Shown here piece after piece: positions 24,830 through 33,700 of a stretch of 39,711 nucleotides of DNA. The position numbers were made by a program, and so were the translations under genes. The stretch comes from Candidatus Woesearchaeota archaeon (GTDB lineage Archaea; Nanobdellota; Nanobdellia; Pacearchaeales; GW2011-AR1). The stretch covers positions 1-39,711 of the forward strand of contig CAYHBQ010000002.1 of NCBI GenBank assembly GCA_964354995.1, given 5' to 3'. The notes beneath the pieces are model-generated. The model was not told the DNA's origin, did no database searches, and was given only the letters and a program-made list of their open reading frames with translations. Within the stretch, counting starts at the first letter, position 1; the number at the start of each line of letters is the position of its first letter.

Positions 24830-25279
24830 CTAGCCCTCTTGAATGAGGACGTGATCGTCCTGCGCAATCAATTGTATGCGTTTAACACCTTCGCTAGACG
24901 AAAGCGCCCCTTGTAGAGGAACAGCACTCGAGTAAGAAATAGTATTCGTCCCCGAACGAGAGGCTACCACAAAAAGAAGTTCATCCTCATCAACACTTAC
25001 ACTCGAAACGCCAGAAGGGAGGTATATGCGAAGAAGGATACGAGAAGGCTCTCCAGAATAGAAAACCTCTTCAGAGTTCGTAACAACTGTCTTTGCAAAC
25101 CGATTAAGATTGCTAAATCGTATCTGATCGCCAATACTTGCAGAATAAAAAAGCGCAACCCCCAAAAGTGCAACCACGAGGAGGGTTACAAATGAAACAA
25201 CGATAAGGTATTCAACACTAATTTGCGCTCTTCGTCCGTCGGGCATGGCTTCGGTAGGTTTATAAAATAAATCTGACAT
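24830..25279 (-). CDS. Class III signal peptide (prepilin-like) protein, Gln(+1)/Glu(+5) type
   Basis: ...MPDGRRA|QISVEYLIVVSFVTLLVVALLGVALFY. The ORF-track start at 25321 is TTG. In-frame ATGs occur at 25279 and 25246; the latter gives an 8-aa leader like the other prepilins, so the true start may be 25246. Confidence 0.7.
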   Translation of the reverse strand: MSDLFYKPTEAMPDGRRAQISVEYLIVVSFVTLLVVALLGVALFYSASIGDQIRFSNLNRFAKTVVTNSEEVFYSGEPSRILLRIYLPSGVSSVSVDEDELLFVVASRSGTNTISYSSAVPLQGALSSSEGVKRIQLIAQDDHVLIQEG

Positions 25280-25315
25280 CTTGATGTGAGGCGCGTATTT
25301 AAAAGTTAGTAGCCT

Positions 25316-25834
25316 ATGCAAAAAAGAGGAACAAATAAAGTTGTGAGTGTGTTAATAACGCTGGTTGTCACAGCTGCAGTCCTCCACACAGCCGCCCACT
25401 TCGCTATCTATGGTACGGGAATTCCAAATATTAACGAACAAGGTGTTTCTGGATTTGCAATCGGAAGCATAACGGGAGAGCAAATAAAGACAAATTACTC
25501 AAACGCCTCCTCAACATCAAAAGCGATTATTATAGGTGAATGGGCACTTCTAGTTATTCTTATTGTAATAAGTCTTGTCGGAGAACGTATGCACGTTAAA
25601 AAGCAGCACATCGCGCTTGAAATAAAAAAATCAACCGATAAATCAAAAACGGATATTGATGTATTGTACGACCTTCTTAAGGAAAAAAAGAAAATAGACT
25701 TGAGCACGATTGCTGAAACGTTTAAGATAAGTGAAGAAACCGCAACCGAGTGGGCAAAAATATTGGAAGAAGCTCAATTAGCAAGTCTGCACTATCCTCG
25801 ATTTGGCGAGGCCCAACTAAAAATAAAGGAGTAA
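25316..25834 (+). CDS. Membrane-tethered protein with C-terminal winged-helix-like domain, first gene of the pilus operon
   Basis: Two TM segments (VVSVLITLVVTAAVL, AIIIGEWALLVILIVISLVG), then DIDVLYDLLKEKKKIDLSTIAETFKISEETATEWAKILEE (HTH-like). Confidence 0.55.
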   Translation: MQKRGTNKVVSVLITLVVTAAVLHTAAHFAIYGTGIPNINEQGVSGFAIGSITGEQIKTNYSNASSTSKAIIIGEWALLVILIVISLVGERMHVKKQHIALEIKKSTDKSKTDIDVLYDLLKEKKKIDLSTIAETFKISEETATEWAKILEEAQLASLHYPRFGEAQLKIKE

Positions 25835-25837
25835 ACC

Positions 25838-27655
25838 ATGAACAAAAAAGAAAAAAACAAATACGCACAACATTTTGGATTACCTCCTATAAAGCCAGTC
25901 GCCCCAGCTCCTGCTCAGACAAGAACTCCTGAAAAAAGAAGAGAACAACCATCGCCTCCGCATGTGCACGAGAAGCATCACGTCAAAATAACAATGCACG
26001 AAAAAAAGAAAGAACATCATCAAAATGTGGCGCATGCTTCCGTGCATCAAAAACAACACGCGCATATCAAACCGCATATATCTCATGAGGTCCATGGCGC
26101 TAAAGCCCCGCATGTGCACGAACATCAAGAGCATCATGCACAAGTAGCCACACACGTAAAAAAAGAAGCAAGCGAAGTTGAAAGATATAACATCGAAATG
26201 GATAACACGCAAGTTACCGTAATTATACGAAAAACTCCTGAAGGAAACCTGTATGAACTCCAACTCCCCCAGATAAATGTAGCGACCGCCGCCCTTCTGA
26301 GAGACATGAGAAACGAACTTGTAACCCTTACTTCAGTAAGCATGAAAGAGCTCGTCGACCCTGAAGCGTTTTCCGCAATAAAGAAGCGGTTCACCGAAGA
26401 TGCACGAAAAATGTTAAAACAGAAACTACCGGGAATTGGTCAAGAAGTCGAAAGCTTTCTAGTTGGCGTACTTATTCAAGACATGTTGGGTCTCGGAAAA
26501 CTTGAGTTTCTCATAAACGATTCAGGATTGGAAGAGATTGTAGTGCCATCCGCTCGCGAGCCCGTACGCGTCTATAGCAAGAAATACGGATGGGTCGTAA
26601 CAAACATAACCATTGGTTCGGAAGAAGAAATTGTAAATTACGCCAATATTATCGCACGACGTGTGGGTAGACAGATAACGGTTCTCAATCCGTTGCTTGA
26701 CGCACACCTTATAACTGGCGACCGTATAAATGCGGTGCTCTATCCCATAAATACAAAAGGAAGCACAATTACCGTCAGAAAGTTTGCGCGTGACCCTTAC
26801 ACGATTATAGACTTCATAAACAATAAGACCTGCGACCTTGACACTGCCGCACTTATCTGGTTGGCCATAGAGTATGAAATGAACATTCTCATCTCGGGAG
26901 GCACCGGTTCAGGAAAAACATCTTTTTTGAACGCGTGTATGCCTTTCGTTCCACCCAACCATCGAATCATAAGCATTGAAGATACGCGAGAGCTCATGCT
27001 CCCAGAATATCTCTATTGGACCCCATTATCAACAAGAACACCGAATGCCGAAGGAAAAGGAGAGGTAAACATGCTCGACCTTCTCGTTAACTCGTTAAGA
27101 ATGCGTCCCGACAGAATCATATTAGGGGAAATGAGAAAACATGAAGAGGCAATGGTCCTCTTTGAAGCAATGCACACAGGGCACTCGGTGTATGCAACCG
27201 TGCACGCTGACTCGGCTCCTGAAACCGTCTCTCGCCTCATTAATCCCCCACTCAATATTCCCGCCAACCTCCTGCGTGCAGTACACCTCAATGTAGTCAT
27301 GTTTAGAGACAGAAGACGAGGAATACGTCGTATTCTGCAAATAGCAGAATTTGAAGCAGAAAAAGACACGGCACATGCAAATATTATTTACAGATGGTCT
27401 GCAGAAGAAGACAAAATAGTGAAACATAGTGAAAGTTCACGGTTCTTTGAAAACGTTGCACGTTCAACAGGCATGTCTTCGAAAGAAATGGACGCGGACT
27501 TGGAAGAAAAAAAGAGAATACTCGCATGGGTAGGGAAAAACAATATGCGTAATATTCAACAAGTAGGAAGAGTAATGAATGTTTATTACAAAAACAAGGA
27601 GCTCCTCAAAGAAGCGCTGGCAAAGAACAACCCTTCCCTTATCCAAAACGAGTAA
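25838..27655 (+). CDS. Type IV pilus/secretion ATPase (FlaI/TadA/VirB11 superfamily) with His-rich N-terminal extension
   Basis: Walker A GGTGSGKTSFLNA, IISIEDTRELMLP, Walker B RPDRIILGEMR, His box TGHSVYATVHA. N-terminal residues 42-106 contain 20 His by hand count. AAAGGAG lies 7 nt upstream of the ATG. Confidence 0.9.
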   Translation: MNKKEKNKYAQHFGLPPIKPVAPAPAQTRTPEKRREQPSPPHVHEKHHVKITMHEKKKEHHQNVAHASVHQKQHAHIKPHISHEVHGAKAPHVHEHQEHHAQVATHVKKEASEVERYNIEMDNTQVTVIIRKTPEGNLYELQLPQINVATAALLRDMRNELVTLTSVSMKELVDPEAFSAIKKRFTEDARKMLKQKLPGIGQEVESFLVGVLIQDMLGLGKLEFLINDSGLEEIVVPSAREPVRVYSKKYGWVVTNITIGSEEEIVNYANIIARRVGRQITVLNPLLDAHLITGDRINAVLYPINTKGSTITVRKFARDPYTIIDFINNKTCDLDTAALIWLAIEYEMNILISGGTGSGKTSFLNACMPFVPPNHRIISIEDTRELMLPEYLYWTPLSTRTPNAEGKGEVNMLDLLVNSLRMRPDRIILGEMRKHEEAMVLFEAMHTGHSVYATVHADSAPETVSRLINPPLNIPANLLRAVHLNVVMFRDRRRGIRRILQIAEFEAEKDTAHANIIYRWSAEEDKIVKHSESSRFFENVARSTGMSSKEMDADLEEKKRILAWVGKNNMRNIQQVGRVMNVYYKNKELLKEALAKNNPSLIQNE

Positions 27656-28536
27656 TGGCATTCAAAATACCCTTCACCCGTGGTCCGCTTGAGAAGTTAA
27701 AAAAGAGAGCAGCTTTCGCTTCTTCGCTTATTTCAAGAAAAAAGGACACGTCACTCGCAGAGATTCTAAAGAACAACGAAATACCCCTTACCCGGGAAGA
27801 ATACTTAGGTATATGTGCAACAACAGGTATAAAAAATTTAGTTATAATCTCAATTATAGCGACGACAGGTTTACTGTTAATTGGAACAAGCAAGTTCTGG
27901 CTTTACGGAATTGGATTCGGATTGATGATTTCCTTATTCACCTTTGGACTCCAACAAGCATACCCGTTCATTTACCAAACAAGACGACAAAAGAATATAG
28001 AGCGAAATCTCATACCTGCCTTAGAAGACATAATGGTGCAACTAAATGCAGGCGTACCGCTCTTTAGCATATTAGTAAACATATCTTCTTCAGATTATGG
28101 TGAACTAAGCAATGAATTTAAGAAAGCGGTAAAAAAGATGAATGCGGGCGTGCCTCAAACAGAAGCACTAGACGACCTTGGAAGGAACAACCCTTCAGTA
28201 TACTTTAGAAGAACGCTCTGGCAAATAAGTAATGGTATGAAAGCAGGGAGCGATATTGTGATAGTCATCAAAGAAAGTATGAAGTCACTTAATCAAGAGC
28301 AAGTTCTGCAGATTCAAACGTACGGCAACAAACTAAACCCGCTTATCATGTTCTATATGCTTATATCGGTCATATTGCCCGCACTAGCGGTGACGTTTCT
28401 CACAATCCTTGCTTCGATGGTGAACCTCGATAAAGCAACGACACAGGGGTTATTCATTGGGGTATTCGTGCTTATTTTGATAATCCAAGTTATGTTCTTA
28501 GGCGTCATAAAATCGACCCGCCCCAGCTTGCTATGA
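27655..28536 (+). CDS. Pilus platform membrane protein, single T2SSF domain (TadB/TadC/EpdJ-K-like), half 1
   Basis: LEDIMVQLNAGVPLFSILVN...FKKAVKKMNAGVPQTEALDDL...LWQISNGMKAGSDI flanked by TM helices. Its ATG overlaps the ATPase stop (TAATG). Confidence 0.8.
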   Translation: MAFKIPFTRGPLEKLKKRAAFASSLISRKKDTSLAEILKNNEIPLTREEYLGICATTGIKNLVIISIIATTGLLLIGTSKFWLYGIGFGLMISLFTFGLQQAYPFIYQTRRQKNIERNLIPALEDIMVQLNAGVPLFSILVNISSSDYGELSNEFKKAVKKMNAGVPQTEALDDLGRNNPSVYFRRTLWQISNGMKAGSDIVIVIKESMKSLNQEQVLQIQTYGNKLNPLIMFYMLISVILPALAVTFLTILASMVNLDKATTQGLFIGVFVLILIIQVMFLGVIKSTRPSLL

Positions 28537-29447
28537 TACGAGACAACAGCGCCCAAGAAAAGAGCAAGAGATCGCGCCAGATAGTGTATCTGCTCGTGAT
28601 AGCCTCGATAATTATTGGAATTGGCGCGTATTACATAACCGGAAGTACAAAAACGTCATTGATAACCTTAGTCAGTTCCGTAACCATATTGGGTGTTTCT
28701 TATTACGCCAATGAAAAAATGATTCTTACGAAAAAAATAAAGAAGATGGAAGATGCATTCCCCGACTTCCTTGAGCTCATGGCAAGCAACTTGCGTGCCG
28801 GAATGACGATAGACAAGGCACTACTTGCAAGTTCACGCGAGGAATTTGCTCCGCTTGACCTTGAAATAATGAAGTTAGGTAAAGACATAGCAACAGGGAA
28901 AAACATTGAACGCGCACTTAAAGAAATGGCAGAACGCATTAATTCAGAGAAAATACGAAAAACACTTCTTGTTATAATCTCAGGTATAAAGGCGGGAGGC
29001 AACCTCGCAGCGCTGCTTGAAGAGACCGCAATCCACACGCGTGAAAGAGGATTTGTAGAAAAACGGGCCGCATCAAACGTACTCATGTATGTCATATTCA
29101 TATTCTTCGCACTTGCCGTTGGCGCCCCAGTACTCTTTGGACTATCCGCGGCATTAGTGCAAATAATAACCAACCTGCTTGCAACACTCCCGCCCATAGA
29201 AAGTGCAAATATACAAATGCCCTTCACGCTTACTCAAATATCAATATCAACCACATTTGTCACGTATTTTTCGCTAATATTTCTTATTATGACCAATGTT
29301 TTGGGTTCGTTGGTACTCGGTTCAGTTAGTAAAGGAGAAGAAAAAGCAGGCATAAAATACATTGCCCCATTAATCATTCTGAGTGTAAGCATATTTTTCA
29401 CTGTTAAACAAGTACTATTAACCTACTTTGCAGACTTTTTAGGGTAG
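28533..29447 (+). CDS. Pilus platform membrane protein, single T2SSF domain, half 2
   Basis: PDFLELMASNLRAGMTIDKALL...LGKDIATGKNIERALKEMA...ISGIKAGGNLAALLEE plus TM helices. ATGA overlap with the preceding gene. Confidence 0.8.
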   Translation: MIRDNSAQEKSKRSRQIVYLLVIASIIIGIGAYYITGSTKTSLITLVSSVTILGVSYYANEKMILTKKIKKMEDAFPDFLELMASNLRAGMTIDKALLASSREEFAPLDLEIMKLGKDIATGKNIERALKEMAERINSEKIRKTLLVIISGIKAGGNLAALLEETAIHTRERGFVEKRAASNVLMYVIFIFFALAVGAPVLFGLSAALVQIITNLLATLPPIESANIQMPFTLTQISISTTFVTYFSLIFLIMTNVLGSLVLGSVSKGEEKAGIKYIAPLIILSVSIFFTVKQVLLTYFADFLG

Positions 29448-29481
29448 ATAGCTTTTTATAATAAAATCGGTTCGTAGAGAG

Positions 29482-30273
29482 ATGAAAAAGAGAGAGAAAA
29501 CAAAAAGAGTGAAACACAAGATTTATCATAAGAGCAAAGCGCATTCAAAAAGAGTAAAGCCGAAAAAAACCGAACGAGTGCCAACCGGAATCCCTAACTT
29601 CGATACGCTGATTGAAGGAGGATTTGAAAAAAATTCAACCAATTTGTTAATAGGGGGAGCGGGAAGTGGAAAATCAATTTTTGCCATTCAATTCCTAATG
29701 AAAGGAATCAAAGAAGGAGAACCAGGGCTATATATCACATTTGAAGAAACAAAGGAAGAGTTCTATGCAAACATGGCACGATTCGGATGGGACTTGCGAA
29801 AATATGAAAATGAGGGAATGTTTGTTTTCCTCGAATATACGCCCGAACGAGTAAAGACCATGCTTGAGGAAGGCGGAGGTGCAATTGAGAACATAATTCT
29901 CAAGGGCAAAATAGCCAGAGTAGTAATAGATAGCATAACGTCATTCGAACTACTCTTCGACAACGAGCTTGAAAAACGTGAAGCTGCTTTCGAATTATTT
30001 AATATGATAAGTAAGTGGAACTGTACCGCGGTCGTAACATTTGAAGCAAATATTCGCTCAAGCGATAAACCTGACACGCGTACCATGGAATTTGAAGCAG
30101 ACTCCATCATTGCATTTTACTTTATGCGAACAAAAAACGAAAGAAAACGATATTTAGAAGTGCTTAAAATGCGAGGGACAAAACACTCGACAAAGATATT
30201 TTCGTTTGAAATGACAAGAACGGGAATTGCACTCGGGAAAAAACCATTTACAGGGAAGATAGAAGCCTATTGA
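29482..30273 (+). CDS. KaiC/RecA-superfamily ATPase (FlaH/ArlH-like) with basic N-terminal tail
   Basis: GIPNFDTLIEGGFEKNSTNLLIGGAGSGKSIFAIQFLMKG...GLYITFEE...VVIDSITS. The first about 35 aa are K/R/H-rich. It has its own A/T box (29453-29462) about 25 nt upstream of the ATG. Confidence 0.8.
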   Translation: MKKREKTKRVKHKIYHKSKAHSKRVKPKKTERVPTGIPNFDTLIEGGFEKNSTNLLIGGAGSGKSIFAIQFLMKGIKEGEPGLYITFEETKEEFYANMARFGWDLRKYENEGMFVFLEYTPERVKTMLEEGGGAIENIILKGKIARVVIDSITSFELLFDNELEKREAAFELFNMISKWNCTAVVTFEANIRSSDKPDTRTMEFEADSIIAFYFMRTKNERKRYLEVLKMRGTKHSTKIFSFEMTRTGIALGKKPFTGKIEAY

Positions 30274-30309
30274 CGAGCACTTTAAATAATCGCATTCCGA
30301 ATCTAAAGC

Positions 30310-30795
30310 GTGGTGAAAAAGAGAGGGCAAGCATGGGGTATCGATGTAACACTTGCGGCAATGATATTTGTTGCAGGAATCGTCGTATTCTACTTATACA
30401 CAATTAACTATAAATCAGGAGAAGGTCTCGAAGTTGAAGAAGGGCGTTTTGAGGCAGGGCTCGTGGCTTCAAGCATCCTTTCAGAAGGTGCTCCTGAAGA
30501 CTGGGATCAAGACACGGTAAGCAAGATAGGCATCCTCACACAAGGTCAGATAAACGAAACGAAGTTAGCACGATTTTACAATCTCACCCAAACAGATTAC
30601 GAAAGAACCAGACAGTTATTTGGTATACGATACGACTATTTCGTAAGCCTCTCCGTTCCCCTTGTAATAGAAGGTTCTCTGCGAGAAGGAATAGGCAAAC
30701 AGCCAGACGAAAGCGCGGAAAACACATTAAAGTTAACAAGATTCACTAACTATCAAAACAAGCCAGTAACCATTGAGGTGCTCGCATGGAACTAA
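30310..30795 (+). CDS. Class III signal peptide (prepilin-like) protein
   Basis: MVKKRG|QAWGIDVTLAAMIFVAGIVVFYLY. GTG start (30310 or 30313), with no in-frame ATG upstream of the signal. A/T box at 30280-30289 is about 25 nt upstream. Confidence 0.6.
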   Translation: MVKKRGQAWGIDVTLAAMIFVAGIVVFYLYTINYKSGEGLEVEEGRFEAGLVASSILSEGAPEDWDQDTVSKIGILTQGQINETKLARFYNLTQTDYERTRQLFGIRYDYFVSLSVPLVIEGSLREGIGKQPDESAENTLKLTRFTNYQNKPVTIEVLAWN

Positions 30796-33700
30796 ACAAA
30801 AAGAGAGGGGTGTTTTTTAGCCTTGATGCAATCATTGCATTGGGAATTATTCTTTTAACAATTCTTCTCGCGTACCCTTTTCTCAACGAACCTAAACCAG
30901 AAACAGAATTACAATCAGATATCATACAATCACTTTCCTCACTTAAGATATATGAGTTAGATAGCGCGTATGCGCAAGGACTTATCGCAGATGGAAGCCT
31001 AATAGAAACCAACAAATCGGTTCTAGAAGCGCTTGGAGAGCTCTATGTAAAAAATGTAACCCAAGCGAAACTACTCGCAGAAGAAGTACTCAATGAACTT
31101 GAAACAAAAGAAAATATAGGGTTATGGTATGGAAACACGCTCCTCGCGTCAAAAAATAGTTCTGCCTACGAAAACGCGCAAAAAGTAGAAACCGCACGAC
31201 AGATAATAAGTGGAATTCAAGAAGGAGAAAGTGTGACTGGATTCTCTGCGAGAGCATTTTTACAAAGCAAACGACAAACTAAATATGCCTACATTGGAGG
31301 ATACGTCGGAGAAGGAAACCTTACAATTCCTCTCGAATTCAACGGAGTCGCACTGGGAGCAACACTTGAAGCAACAACAAGTACAAACTTTGACGTATAT
31401 ATTAATGATAATTTCGTAGGAAGTTATCAAAAATCTCCCTCGCAAACAGAACCTCAAAATTATACGCTTGGAGTAACATTCTTTCAAAATGGAACAAATA
31501 ATATAACCCTCCGAGCAGCAAATTTATCTGTTGCAGGAGGATTCGTCAAATTAGTCTATTTAAGTTCCGTTCAGTACAAGCAGCCTGTACGCTATCATTT
31601 TCCAGGAATAGAGGGGGTAGTAAACCTTTATGATGGATTCTACGTACCAGGGACGCTCACCGAACTCGCAATTTCACTGCATTACGACAGCGCATATACC
31701 TCCTTCCTCACCATCGGCAACACAACCGTTTTAAGTAATACCACGACGGGCGAGACTACGGTAATCCTGACAAATAGCGAGCTTAATGCGCTACTCGATT
31801 ATGACTCATTGAGCAATCGGTCAATACCGATACGATTCGGTTTAGAAAACCTCTCGCTTATAGGAGAAGGAATTAAAGATATAGATGTCGTGCTCATCAC
31901 CGATGTATCGGGCAGTATGGCTTGGAGAATGGATAATGACAACAACGGAATAACCAGAAGTTGCACCGACCCGCTTATTAACGACCCTTCAACAAGAAGG
32001 ATTAGTCTAGCAAAATGTTTAGACCGCGATTTCGTCGCAACTATCCTTAACAGCAGCGTGGGAAGCCGAGTCGCGCTCGTTTCATTCTCAGATGATGCAA
32101 ACAACTACGTAAGTTTAACTCACAATCAAACGCTACTTAATAATACCATTTTTTCATACAGTACAGGAGGTGCAACCTGCCTTTCGTGCGCCATAAATAG
32201 AGCATACCAAATTCTTGAAGCCGAAGGCGCGGCAAATCGTACAAAATTCATTATTGCAATGACCGATGGGGTAACCAACCGGCGAAGCACCGAAAGCTGT
32301 AACGATCTCTATGGATCAAGTGGTCCAACAAACGCCTATATACAGGGAAGCGGATTGAACGGACTTTTACTAAAAAGGAACGAGACGACAAAGATATGGG
32401 CCGCGTTACCTCCTCCTGCAAGTAACACGCTCAACGATATCGATTTGCTCAATGAAACCCTCGGATTTGCAGCGGGCGCGAATGGAAAAATACTGAAGTG
32501 GAATGGAAATGTATGGTCAAACGAAACGTCCCCTATCACATCAACACTCTATCGTGTAGATGTGTACAATGGAACCTACGCACTTGCCGTCGGTGCAAGC
32601 GGACGAGTGGTACGATGGAATGGTGCAAGCTGGTCAACATTAGCGACAATTTCAAACGCACCAACGATTTATGGGATAAACATGTATAATCACACCCTTA
32701 TTTTCGCCAGCGGAGCGCGTAGCGGTTCAGGACGCATATTCCGTTCATCCAATGGAGGACAATCATGGAGCGAAATAGAGAGTAGTACTACCGAATATCG
32801 CGCCGTAAAAATAATTAACGCGACCCGAGCATTCGCAGTTGGAAGCGGAGGAAGAATAATGCAATGGTCCTCAGGAAGCACCTGGTCACAAGTCAGTTCA
32901 GGCACTTCAGAGAATCTGTACGGAATAGACTCGTATAACCGCACAAGAGTCTTTGCAGTGGGAGGGAACAATGGCAAGTCAGTTGCAGTAAGTTACAATG
33001 GAGCAAGTTGGAGCTCATCCCTCAACACGGGAGGAGACTCGCTGCGAGACGTAGCAGTGCTCGATAACGCGGTCCGCGCAGTAGGTGAAGGAAGTACTAT
33101 CTATGAAAGAAATGCAACCGCCTGGACAAAAATATATACCGTGCCCCCCGCCTATGGAGGAATCAGCACGTCGGGAGTCTCATGCACTGCGGATTCAGAT
33201 AGTTGTACTGAAATAAACTCTTTTCCTGGTCTAAACGCAAACTACAGCTCATGTCGAGCACGAGAATTGATAAATGCGACTATTTATTCAGTCGGGTTCG
33301 GACCAATTGCAACGTGCGGATTCGCAAACCAATTACTACAATCCATCGCATTGTGCGGAAATGGTACATTTTATGCGAGTAGTGATGCGGAGGAACTAAG
33401 AGAGTTCTATGAGAGCATTGCGCAAGATCTTATTCGATTGTCGTACAGCGAGCAGACTGCAAAAACAGAAGGAAATATTTCAGCAAGGCTTTATCCGGAT
33501 TCTTATTTAGAGTTCAATTACACAGAAACCCCTACCCCCTACGGACTGTTGCTTTCATATGAAAAGTTATTCGATAATAGTACCTCTGCAACATTGAGTC
33601 TGCCAGGAAACGTAACCGTTCTAGACCTTAAAGCCCTTTCATATTCGGGTGCACGTTGGACATCACAGCTTGCAATCAATCAGCAAATAGTGTATAGTCT

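Noticed and set aside
28703-29227. 174-aa ORF antisense to the second platform gene
   Set aside because: It is embedded in a well-supported T2SSF-domain gene and is an antisense artefact.
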